DNA of 64,000 bases from Scenedesmus sp. PABB004 (lineage: Eukaryota): positions 620,001 through 684,000 of the forward strand of contig JABVCE010000016.1 of the NCBI GenBank assembly GCA_014905635.1. The letters are read 5' to 3'. The notes below the pieces were generated by a model. That model did no database searches and was not told the DNA's origin. It saw nothing but the letters and a program-made list of their open reading frames with translations. Position numbers and translations under genes: made by a program. Shown in pieces: positions 1-11,230 of this stretch (positions are counted from its first letter, which is position 1; every line of letters starts with the position of its first letter).

Positions 1-101
1 CCGACCGTGCAGGGCTACCAGAGCGTGCTCGCCGACGTCGCGACGTACACCGGTGCGCGGGGCGGGTCTCGGGTCTCCGCGCGCGGGCGGCGGCCGCAGC
101 A

Positions 102-138
<37 letters not shown>

Positions 139-1267
139 GTGGCGCGCCGGGGGTGCTCACGCACGCACGCACGCCCGCACGCGCTCGGCCGCGCAGGCAT
201 GCTCACGCTCGCGAGCATGGTCGTGTCGCGGCTCGTCTTCCAGCACGCCGGCTGGGGCGTCGCCGCGTCGGTCACGCCCGCCGTGATGGGCGCCGCGGGC
301 GTGGTCTTCTTCGCCGGCTCGCTCGCGGCGGGGCTGCCGGGGCTCGGCCCCGAGACCGCCGCCGCGCTCGCCGGCGTCGGCGCGACCGCGGGCGTCGTCA
401 CGCAGGTCTTCGCGCGGGCCGCCAAGTGCGTGCGCGGCGCGGCGCGCGGCGCGCGGCGCGCGGCGCGCGGCGCGCGGCGCGCGGCGCGCGGCGGACGGGC
501 CCCGCGCGCAGCCCGCGCCCGCGCCCACAGCCGCGCCCGCGGCCGCCTGAACCCTCTGCTCCCGATGCCAGGTACTCCCTGTTTGACCCGGCCAAGGAGA
601 TGGTCTACATTGAGATGTCGGCGGACGAGAAGAAGCAGGGCAAGGCGGCGGTGGACCTCGTGGGCAGCCAGGTGCGCCGCGCGCGGCGGGCGGGGCGGCG
701 GGCGGGGCGGCGGCGCGCTCGCGCGGCGCGGCGGCAGGGCGGGCGCGGCCCGCGCACCGCCGCCCACCGCCGCGCGCCCGCCGGCGGCGCGCGCGGCCGC
801 AGATCGGCAAGTCTGGCGCGAGCTGGATCACGCAGGCCGCGCTGCTCGGCGCGGGCAGCATCGCCGCGGCGATGCCCTTCACGGGCGTCGTCTTTGCCGG
901 CGTGATCATCACCTGGATCCGCGCCACGCTCGGGCTGCACGAGCAGATGCAGGCGACCGAGAGCGCGCGCCTCGCAGACGCAGCGGCCGCCGAGGCGGCG
1001 GCGGCGGCCGCTGCCGCCGCGCCGGCCGGCGACGACGACGCCGCGACGAGCGCCGCAGCTGCGGCGCACGGGTACAGCCTCAGCAACGGCAGCAGCAACG
1101 GCAGCAGCAACGGCAGCAGCGGCGGCAGCAGCGGCAGCGGCAGCAGCGGCGAGCTGAGCGCGTATGTCGCGGCCGCGGTCACGGCCAAGCTCGGCGCCAA
1201 TGGCGCGCCCGGCGCGCCGGGCGCCGGGGCCGCCGGCGCCGGGCTGAGCAAGGCGAAGCTGCCGTGA
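1..1267 (+). CDS. Plastid ATP/ADP transporter (TLC/NTT family), 3' part; 5' end lies outside the window
   Basis: Exons <1-52, 197-425, 572-671 and 803-1267 (GT-AG introns) give ...SRLVFQHAGWGVAASVTP...[45 protein letters not shown]. KYSLFDPxKEMxYI and KGKAAVD..IGKSG are NTT family hallmarks. Confidence 0.93.
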
Positions 1268-2024
1268 GGCCGCGCGCCAAGGGAGGCGCCCGGGGCAGCT
1301 CGGGGCGGCGAAAGCCCGCGCGCCTCGGGGCGGGTGCGTGTGTGTGTGTGGGGTGGGGGCGTGGGTGGGCGGACGTGGGGGCGCGCTTCCCAGGGCCAGG
1401 GCCAGGGCCAGGGCCAGTTTGCTGTAGGAGGCTTCACCACTGCACCTTTTTGTTGCTGCTGTTCCGCAGCGGCGGGGCTGTTTTTGCCGCGCAGCCTCGC
1501 AACACCCGCGCGGGCGCGCCCCGGACGGGGCCTCCCCGGACGGCCGTCAGGGCCCTCCCCCGCCGGGCCGGCGGCTGGCTCGCGCTGGCCCGTGCCCGGC
1601 GGCGGGGCGTGACGGGGGAGGCACACACGGCGGCGCTGTACCAACAGGTTTGCAGGGGCGGCCAGAGGGCGGCGCCGGCGCTCGCCAGGGCGCGGCGGCG
1701 GCGCCCGCCAGGGCGTGGCTGCGGGTGAGGACGCGGGCGGGCGGGCGGGCGGGCGGGGAGGAGCTCGCGGCGCGCATGTGTGTGCCTGCGCGCGCCTGCA
1801 GCAGCAGTTTGTCAGAGCTAGCTGCGGGCGGCGGCGCGACCAGGGAGCCGCCGCGCGTGTGCGGCGGCGATGATGAATGAGTGGCAGAGTCTGCGACGAG
1901 CGAGAGGGGCGTCGTCGTGGCCCGTCCAGTAACAAGACCGATCGACACCACCCCTCACAGTGCCGCACACCTGCGCTGCCGCTCTGCACACACATACACA
2001 CACGCGTCACCCCCTGTCCCCGCG

Positions 2025-2858
2025 TCACGCGACGCCGGCGCCGCTCGGCGCCGCCGCCTCCTCCGGCAGCGCGCCGCTCGGCGCGACCCCGACCCTGCGC
2101 AGGCGCTGCGTCAGGCGTGCGGCCTGGCGCTGCCCGCGCGGCGTGAGGTGCTTGGGCGTGGCGAGCGCGGCCGCCAGCTGCGTGCCGCCGCCGCACGCCA
2201 CGAATGCGTGTACAGACCGGGAACTCATGCAGAGCCGGGCCAACGCGCTCGCCGCAGCGCTCGCAACGAGGCCGCGCACTCCCAGCGCGGCGGCCAGCGG
2301 CGGCAGGCAGCCGGCGTCCAGCAGGACGCTGCAGCCGGGGCGGCACCTGCTGAGGTTTTGGAGCGCGCGCGCCGCCGCGAGCGCGCAGCCGCGGCCGCCG
2401 CCGCCGACGTCGGCGGCGCCCGGCGCAGCGAGCGCCGCGACCTGGACCCGCAGCAGGTGCGCGAGCACCGTCGCTGCGCCCTCGCGCAACAGCTCCAGCC
2501 GCACGCCGTCGCCGACCGCGCTGAGGTTGGCCAGCGCCCGCGCGGCGAGCTCCTTGCCGAGCGGCGAGCCCGACAGCGCCGCGTGGACGAGCACGCCGCC
2601 CGCGCCCGCCGCCGCGATCGCGCGCCGGTGGCCGTCGGTCGCAGCGCTCAGCACGAGCAGCGCCGCCAGCGCCGCGCAGCGCGCTGGCGCCGAGGGCAGG
2701 CTGCGCGCGGCGTCGACGAGCACGCCGGCGCCGCCAGCGGCCAGCAGCGCGTCGCCGGCGCGCGGGCTGCCGGCCGCGATGTTCCTGCGGGCGCGGGGGC
2801 ACGGGCCGTCGCCCACGCGCGCGTTTGCTCGGCAACGCTGCCAGGGTGCGTCCGCACG

Positions 2859-2950
<92 letters not shown>

Positions 2951-4956
2951 AGCCATGACGCACCGCAGCGCCTCGACCGCGGCCGTCCGCACCGCCAGGT
3001 CCTCGCCACACCCGGCCGCGACGAGGGCGAGCAGCGCGGGCACGCAGCCGGCGCTGAGCAGGTGGCCCTCCAGCGCCTCATTCACTGCGAGGTTCCGCAG
3101 CGCCCCCGCCGCGGCGGCCTGCGGGCCAGCGGGAGCGCCGCGGCGGCGGTCGGCCGGCGCCGCGCAGCGCGCGCCCCCGCCGCGCGTCGCGGGGCGGGGC
3201 GCCGCGCGCACCCGTGCGTCGGCAGTGCCGTCGCGCAGCACCGCGAGCAGCCCCTCAACCGCGCCCTCGGCCGCGAGCGCGAGCTCGCTCTCCGCGTCGA
3301 GGGACAAATTTTCCAGCGCCGCCGCGGCCGCCTGCTGCGCGGCGGGGCCGCCAAACTGGGGCGCCGCGCCGCGGCGGGGCGGGGGGCGGGGGGCGGGGGG
3401 GGGGGGGGGGGGGGGGGGGGGGCGGGCGGCGGTCGAGGCGCCGCGCGGCTGCCGCGGCGCGGCGCGCTGGCTGCCGGCCGCCGCCGCACCTCGAGCACCG
3501 CGACGAGCTCGCGGACGCCGTTGGCGTGCACGATCGCCGCGCGCAGCGCGTCCTCCTCGCTCGCCATCATCGCCAGCGCCGCGGCCGCGGCCTCCTGCCC
3601 GAGCGCGTCGCTCGCGCGCAGCATCTCCACGAGCGCCGCCACGCCGCCCGCGTCGGCGAGCGCGCGGGCGCCCTCGCGCTCGGCGCACAGGTTGTTGACG
3701 GCAAACGCGGCGGCGCGGGCGGACGCGACGTCGTCGCTGCCGAGGAGGGCCAGCAGCGCGGGCAGCAGCGCGGCCTCGCCCCGCAGCGCGCCGCGCAGCG
3801 CCTCGGACCGCGACGCGAACCACACCGCGTGCGCGGCGCCCTGGACGGCGGCGAGGTCGGGGCCCGCCAGCAGCTGCGCGAGCCGCGCGAGCACCGGCGG
3901 CGCGCACAGCGCGGCGCGCACGCCCTCGTCGCCCTCCGCGTGCAGCGCCAGCACGCCGAGCGCGTCGTGCAGCAGCGCGGCCGCGGGCGGGCCGCCGTCG
4001 CTGGCGGGCTGCTCGGGGCGTCGGCCCGCGCCGGCTCGGCCAGCACCAGCGCCACCAGCGCCGCCACCTCCTCGGCGCCCACCTCCTCCTCCAGCCCCGG
4101 CGCTAGCGGCCAGCTCGCGCAGCCGCCGCCAGGCGCGGGCCGCGCGCTTCGCGCCGCCCAGCCCGCCAGCGACAGGCCGCCGTCGCCCGCGCCCGCGCTG
4201 GGCGCAGCGAGCGCGCGGGCGGGGGCTCTTTTGGCGCGCGGGTCCAGGTCCGCCATGAAGCACGGGCCCGACGCCAGGGTGCTGCCGAGCGACAGCGTCG
4301 TTGCAAAGCTGCGCGCGCTGCCGGCGTCGTCGCGGTCGCCGCGGCGCGGCGTGAGCGCGGCGGCGGCCTGGTCGCGCCCGCCGCGCGGCGCGCCAGACCC
4401 GCCCGCCAGCGCGGCGGCGAGAGCCGCGGCGGCAGCGCCGGCGCCGTCGTCCGGGGCGGCGCGGCCGTGGCCCGTCTGGTCCTTGCCCTGCGCCGCGCCG
4501 TCGGCGCCGTCGTCGGCCGGGGCGAGCGGGGCCTTGGCCGCGTGCGCCTCGTGCGCCTCGTGCGCCGCCAGCCGGCCGGTGAGGCGCTCGAGAGCCTCCT
4601 CCAGCGCAGCCACGCGCTCGCCGAGCGCGCTGAGCGCCGCGCCCGCGTGGGCGCCCGCCTCTTCTGGACCGCCCGGCACGTGCCAGCCGAGCTGCGGCGG
4701 CGGCGGCGGCAGCAGGGCCGGCTCAGAGGGCGAGCGTGTGGGCCGGCTCACGCGTGCGGGCCGGCTCAGCGGGCGAGCGTGCGCCCCCGGCCGGCGCCTC
4801 GTCGCCCGCCGCTTCACACGGCTTCACACCCCCTTCTCGGGGCGGGCTCACGTGCCATCCGATGGCAGCCCCCGCGCTCACCCCAGAGAGCGACAGCAGG
4901 CCCGGCGCGGCGGGCGGCAGGGCGGCGCTGCTACTGGCGCGCCGGCGGGGCCACAT
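2025..4956 (-). CDS. Armadillo (ARM)-repeat protein, multi-exon
   Basis: Repeated ARM-like units: AAFAVNNLC, AAAALENLSLD, AAGALRNLAVNE, LAARALANLS, AARALQNLSRC, GGVAALVEML. The start ATG at 4956 is tentative. There is an apparent frame break near 4015-4018. Confidence 0.75.
2874..2948. repeat. (GA)n/(TC)n dinucleotide microsatellite in an intron of the ARM gene
   Basis: Uninterrupted GA repeat of about 75 nt, seen directly. Confidence 0.97.
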
Positions 4957-5365
4957 GCTGCTCGTGCGCGCGAGGCTGGCGATGTGTCTACTCGCGCACT
5001 CAACAACTGGCGATAGACCGGGCGGAGGCGGGCTGGCTCGACCGCGGCGCGGGCTGGAGCAGGCCAGCTGTTGCGGCCCCGCTCAAACTCTCGGAGGCCG
5101 CACAGGCTGCACGGCGGGCGCACGGTCCCGCGATTGGCTCGGCTGGTCGTGGCTGGTCGGGCAGCGGCTGACGGGGTTCAGCATTGTGACCAGCGGTTGC
5201 ACGAGCCGCAACCGCCGCATGCGGTCAGCACCGGCAGCCATGAAACGCTGTTTCATGGCGCAATTGGAGTGTCTCAGGGTGTACAGGGGCAGTGGAATCA
5301 GCCCATAAATAAGCGCCCGCGCCGCGCACCGCGCGCACCAGGCTCGGCACGCCGCGCCGCTGCGC

Positions 5366-5994
5366 TCAGGCCGCCTTCTCGACGATGAGGGGCCCCACGT
5401 TGTCGCCGGTCTCAGTGTTGTGCTTCACGTGCGCGCCGTCGCAGTACGGGAACTGCGCGCGGCGGGCGCGGCGTCGGCGGGCGCCGCTGGTGGCGCGCCC
5501 GGTTGCGCCCGCTGCGCGCGCCGCCGCGGCAGTCCGGCTGCCGCCACGGCGCGCCCGCCGCCTCCCCCGCCCCGCCCGCTGGCTCACCTTCTTGCTGCGC
5601 CAGCACCGGCAGAACACCGCCTTCTTGGGCAGCTCCTCGGCCTTGAGCATGTCGACGACCTGCGACCACGAGGAGCAGCGGCGCGATCAGATGAGAATCA
5701 GGGCGCGCCGCGCCGCCCCGGCCGCCGCGCGCCGCGCGCTGCCCCGCAGGCGCAGGCGCCGAGGTGCGGGCGTCGACCGCGCCGGCCGCGCGACGCCGCG
5801 GAGCGCCGGCCAGGCCGCGGCGGCAGCAGCGCGGCGGCGGCGGCGCAGCAGCTGCCGCGCGCCTTGTCGGTGTCCTTCTTGATGTCCGGGTTCACGAGGC
5901 CCGCGCGCGCCACGGACAGCGAGCGCCGCCCGCTGCCGCTGGTCACGCGCGCAGCGAGGGCGGGGGCGGAGGCGATGCGCAGAGCCATGGCCAT
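5366..5994 (-). CDS. NEET: CDGSH iron-sulfur domain (NEET) protein with transit-peptide-like N-terminus
   Basis: Three exons: MAMALRIASAP...NPDIKKDTDK | VVDMLKAEELPKKAVFCRCWRSKK | FPYCDGAHVKHNTETGDNVGPLIV. The CRCWRSxxFPxCDGxH 2Fe-2S motif is present. Intron 1 has a GC donor. Confidence 0.95.
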
Positions 5995-6232
5995 CGTGTG
6001 CAGGAGCGGAGCTGGCCGGAAGCTGGCCTGGGAGGAGGTAGGGCGGGTGAGATGAGACTGCGTTGTCTGCGCCGCCGAGGGCGGCCTGCCGGGCACGGGG
6101 CAGCCCGCTTGCGAGCCCCAAACGCTGACAGCCCCCTGGCCTTCCCGCTCCCCCACCGCCTCGCTGCGGCCGCGGCGCCGCCGCGGAGCATTCGTGGGCG
6201 CGCCACCAACACCACCACACGCCGCGACAGCC

Positions 6233-7689
6233 ATGGCGGCCCAGCAGCAGCCGGCGCCGGCGGCGGCCGCGGCGGCGCCGCAGCCGCCGGCAAAGCGGGC
6301 GAAGCAGGAGCCGCCGCCCGAGGCGGCCAACGTCATCATACAGTTGGAGAGCGCGGAGGGCGAGCATGCAGGTGCGGTGCGCAGGTCGCAGCGCGGCGCG
6401 TGCGCCGCCGGCCGCGCCGGGCGGCCGCCGCCGACGGCCCGCACGCCGCGCCGCCGTGCCCGCAGGCCCCGCGCTGGACGTGCCGCACACCGTCACGCCG
6501 CAGCAGCTGGAGGTGCTGCTCAACGGCCTGCTGCAGCACGAGGAGAAGACGCCATACTCGTTCTACATCGACGGCCAGGCGCGCCGCCGGCGGGGCCGCC
6601 GCCGCTGCTGCCTCGCCGAGCTGCGGGCCCGGGGCGGCAGCGGCAGCGGCCACCGCGGCGGCCGGGCCGAGCGCCGCGCGCGCCGACGCGACGCGCGCCC
6701 CGCAGGAGCTCGCGGGCGAGCTGGGCGAGCACCTGCGCAAGGCGGCAGTGTCGGTGGAGCAGTGCCTGCGCGTGGTGTTCATGCCGCAGGCCGTGTTTCG
6801 CGTGCGCCCCGTGGCGCGCTGCACCGCGTCCATGCCAGGTGCGGCGGCGGCGGGCGGCGCCGGGCGGGCGCGGGCGCGCCGCACGCACGCGCTGCGCGTG
6901 CTGACGCCCTGCGCGGCGCGCGCCCGTGCAGGCCACAGCGAGGCGGTGCTGGCGGTGCAGTTCAGCCCCGACGGCAAGCAGCTCGCGAGCGGCAGCGGCG
7001 ACACGACGCTGCGGTTTTGGAACCTCAACACGCAGCTGCCGCAGCACGAGTGCAAGGTGCGGCCCACGCGCCGGCGCGCCGCGCGGGGCGCGGCGCGCGG
7101 GCCGGCGCGGCGGCAGCCCGAGCCCCTCCCGGCGCCGCGCCGCCGCGCAGGGCCACACCAACTGGGTGCTCTGCGTCGCGTGGTCGCCCGACGCCGCCAT
7201 GGTGGCGAGCGGGGACCTGGACGGCAACATCTGGCTGTGGGACCCGGCGACCGGCAAGGCGCTCGGGCGCTGCACCGGGCACACCAAGTGGATCACCACC
7301 CTGGTGCGCCCCGCGTGGCGGCGGCGTCGGCGGCCAGGCGCGGCCGCCAGGGAGCGACCCGCGCCGACGAGCGCCGACGAGCGCCGCCGCCGCTGACGAG
7401 CGCCGCCGCCGCCGGCGCAGGCGTGGGAGCCGGCGCACAAGGCGCTGCCGAGCCGGCGCTTTGTGAGCGGCAGCAAGGACTTCACCGTGCGCGTGTGGGA
7501 CGCGGCGACGCGGCGCTGCCTGCTCACGTTTGGGACGCACACGATGGTCGTCACGTGCGTGCGCTGGGGCGGCGAGGGGCTGATCTACAGCAGCAGCAAG
7601 GACACCAGGTGCGCGGCAGCACAGCGCTGCGCGCCCGCGCTGCCGCGGCACCACAACGCGGCGGCGCCCGCCGAGCCGCCGCCGCCGCC

Positions 7690-7720
<31 letters not shown>

Positions 7721-8684
7721 GCCGCGCCGCGCGCAGCATAAACGTGTGGGACGCGGAGCACGGCCGGCTGGTGCGCACGCTCAAGGGGCACGGCCACTTT
7801 GTCAACACGCTGGCGCTCAGCACCGAGGCGGTGCTGCGGACGGGCGCGCACGACCACACTGGCCGCGCGCCGGCCGACCCCCAGGCCGCGATGCAGGTGC
7901 GCGGCGGGCGGCGCAGGCGGAGGGGGGAAGCGCGCCCGGCCCGCGGTCGGCGCGGCGGGCGAGGGTGGCGGAGGGGGGAAGCGCGCCCGGCCCGCGGTCG
8001 GCGCGCACGTGCGCGTGTGCTGCCCCGGCCACCGACAGCCGCCGCGCCGCGCCGCTCCGCGTGGCGCAGGTGGCGCAGCAGCGCTACGACGCGGTGGTGG
8101 GCGGGCAGCCGGAGCGGCTTGTGAGCGGGAGCGACGACAACACGATGTTCCTGTGGACGCCGGCGGTCAGCAAGGCCCACGTCGCGCGCATGGCAGGGCA
8201 CGTGCAGCTCATCAACCAGGCGCGCGGCGCGCACGCGCGCGCGGCCGCGGCCGCGGCCGCGCGCGCGGCTGCGGCCGCGGCGGCGGAGCTGGCGCGGCGG
8301 CGTCGTCGGCCGCGCGCGCTCCCGCGCGGGCCCACCGGCACCGCCGCCGCTCCGCAGGTCACGTTCAGCCCGGACGGGCGCTGGGTGCTGTCGGCGAGCT
8401 TTGACAAGAGCGTCAAGCTCTGGGACGGCGTCAAGGGCACGTTTGTGGCGACGTTCCGCAACCACGTGGGCCCGGTGTTCCAGGTCGCGTGGAGCAGCGA
8501 CAGCCGGCTGTTTGTGAGCGGCAGCAAGGACAGCACGCTCAAGGTGTGGGACGTGCGCGGCCGCAAGCTGATGGTCGACCTCCCCGGCCACGCGGACGAG
8601 GTGTTTGCCGTCGACTGGTCCCCCGACGGCAGCGGCGTCGCGTCGGGCGGCAAGGACAGGGTCATCAAGCTCTGGCGCCACTGA
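6233..8684 (+). CDS. NLE1: Notchless / Rsa4 (NLE domain plus WD40 repeats), 60S ribosome biogenesis factor
   Basis: NLE domain (LEVLLNGLL..EEKTPYSFYI; MPQAVFRVRPVARCT). WD40 repeats GHSEAVL..FSPDGKQLASGSGDTT, GHTNWVLCVAWSPD, ERLVSGSDDNTMFLW, DLPGHADEVFAVDWSPDG, ending KDRVIKLWRH*. Confidence 0.96.
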
Positions 8685-8941
8685 GCGGCCGCTGGCGCCG
8701 CCACCGGCGGCCGGGAGCGGCCTGCGACACGGCCGTAGCGCCGCGGTAACAGCGAGCGCGAGCGCCGCGCCGCGTTTTTTAACCACGTACTTGCGCCCTC
8801 TGTCGCGAGCAGCGTTCGGGGCCAGCCCGGGTAGAAGCCGTGCGACGAGAGCACCGCCGCTCGCCGCGGAACAGCACCGCGCGCCGCGCTCGCTCCCCAG
8901 CTCGCGAACACGCTCCTGAGGGCTGTCAGCGCTGTTTTCAA

Positions 8942-10292
8942 ATGGCATCCGCGGGCTGGGGCGGCGCGCTGGGTGCGTGGGCGGGCGGCGGCGCCAAGTC
9001 TTCGGCCGCCGCGCGCTGGGCGGACGACGCCGAGGCGGCGCAGCTGCAGCCGTTCCGGGCCGCGCCGGGCGCGGCGTCAGGGGCCTCGCTGTCGGAGGTC
9101 GACCTGGGAAGCGCGCCGCCGAGCGTGACCGCCGCCGCCGGGCCGGCGGCGGACCAGAGCGTCGCGGCGCGCATCGAGCGCCTCGAGCGCGCTGAGCGCG
9201 CGCTCGCCGGGCGCGAGGCGGCAATTGCGGCGCGCGAGGCCGAGCTGCGCCTTGCCGGAGCACTCCTCCCCAAAAAGAACTGGCCGCTTTGCATCCCGGT
9301 GATGCACCACGACCTGTCGGAGCTGCCGCCCGCCCAGCGCGGCATGGTCCGGCTCGCGTACTGCTGCTACCTCGTGCGTGCGCGCCGCGCGGGCGGGCAG
9401 CCGTGCACAGGGGCGGCGCCGGCGCGCATGCGCTGCGCAGCGCTGACCGCCGCGCCGCGCGCAGGGCCTCGTCGCGTGCCTCACCGACAACTTTGCCGGC
9501 GCGTGCGTCATGGTCGGCCTGCACGCGCCGGGTGCGGGCGGCCAGCCGCGCGGCACGGCACGGCGCGGCGGCCGGCGGCACCGGCGCCACCACCAGCAGG
9601 CGCGCCGCCGCGCCCCGCGCCGCCCAGACCGCATGAGCAGCTGGTTCCTCGCCGCCATGTACCTGCTGGCGGGCGTGCCGCTGGCGATGCTGCTCTGGTA
9701 CCGAAAGCTCTACGACACGGTTGCCAGGTGCGCTGCTGGCTGCTGCTGCTGGCCCCACAGCGCTGACCGCTGGACGAGCGCTGACACCGTCGCCCCGCGC
9801 CGCCCGCGTCGCCCACCCTCTCCCCCCCCCCTTCCCCTTCCACGCCAGCAACGGCTCGCTGGGATACATGAGCTTCTTCGCGGCCTTCTCCGTCCACACC
9901 GCCTTCTGCACCTGGGCCGCCATCGGTGCGCGCCAGCGTTGCCGGCATCCGGCGGCGCCGCGCCCGCCGCGCCCCCCGCGCCGCGCGCCGCCCCGCGCCG
10001 GCGCGCGCCGCCACCCGCCGCCGCAGCCGTGCCGATCGGGGGCGAGCGCTGGAGCTTCACCGGGTTTGTGAGCGCGCTGCGCGCGTTTGACGTCGCCGCC
10101 GCCGGCGGCGTGGTCTTCCTGGTGGGCGCGTGCGCGTGGTCGATCGAGGCGGCCGCGAGCCTGTGGTGCCTCAAGACCGTGTACTTCAGCTTCCGCGGCG
10201 GCGGCGGTGGCAAGCAGGCCGACGCTTCGGCGTCGGCGCAGGCGGCGGCGGCTAAGTTTGCGGTCGGCGCTGCGCTGCGCGGCCGGGCGTGA
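8942..10292 (+). CDS. SCAMP: Secretory carrier-associated membrane protein (SCAMP)
   Basis: Coiled REAAIAAREAEL, then KNWPLCIPVMHHDL, four hydrophobic segments with LWYRKLY, and C-terminal VYFSFRG. This is the SCAMP pattern. Confidence 0.9.
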
Positions 10293-10632
10293 GCTGACGC
10301 GCGCAAGCTCGTGGCGGTGCAACGAGCAGTTTCTAGAGGCTCACCGCGTCGGTCGCGCACGCGGCTGACAGGGATGCGTGACGGTGCACGCGGCTGCCAC
10401 CGCTCAGGCTGACCTCGAGGCCGCGGCTCCGACGCGCGCCCCAGCTACTCTGCGCCCTTGCCAAATCGCATCGTGTGATTTATCTGCGAGCTCCGGTGAG
10501 CGGCTCAGTGCTCCAAAAGCGCCAACCCACTCGCGGCAACCACCAGATGCGCGAGGCCTTCTGAGGCGGCCCGTCGCACGCCGCACGGCGGGAACGTGCC
10601 GTAACCTGCTGTTGCCGCACCCGAGCTGCCCG

Positions 10633-11194
10633 ATGCCGCGCTCGCGCTCGGCGGCGGGGCGTGGCACGCCCGCGGCGGCGCTGCTGCTGGTCCTCGTCGC
10701 GCTGGCGGCGTCGCCGGGCCGGGCGCAGGTCACGTACACCAGCCTGGACCCCGCCAGCTGCCCAGCGTACCCTGAGCCGTCACTCGCGCAAAAGGCCGTG
10801 AGCGGTGAGCCCCGCGGCGGCGCCGGCGCCGTGCGCTGCGCCGCCCCACGCGGCGTGCCGCGGCGCCGCAGGCTTCTACGAGCCGATCGGGCAGGGCCCC
10901 ATCGCGGTGGCGCACGCGCTGCAGCTGCCGTGCGGCAACAAGTTCCTCATGATCGTGAGTGTGTCAAGCTGACGCACGCTGCTCGGCTGCCGTGCTGCCA
11001 GCCGCGCCAGCCGACGGACCGCCGCCGCCGCCGCCGCCGCGGCGCGCAGGAGTTTGGGCCGACAGGCAAGGAGGGTGCCCTCATGCGGCCCCACCCTGCG
11101 ACGAACCCCGAGGGCTTCAACATCCTGCAGGTGAGTGGGCCGCGCCCCCGCGCCCGCGCCCGCGCGCGCGCTCCGGCGCGCGCCTGCAGCCACC

Positions 11195-11230
<36 letters not shown>

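Noticed and set aside
3381..3422. Long poly-G run (also about 21387-21405) as a functional G-quadruplex
   Set aside because: Intronic G/C homopolymers are common throughout the window and their lengths are error-prone.
7917..8005. About 38-bp direct repeat in an NLE1 intron (also short tandem repeats at about 24670-24730)
   Set aside because: These are simple local tandem duplications with no element features.
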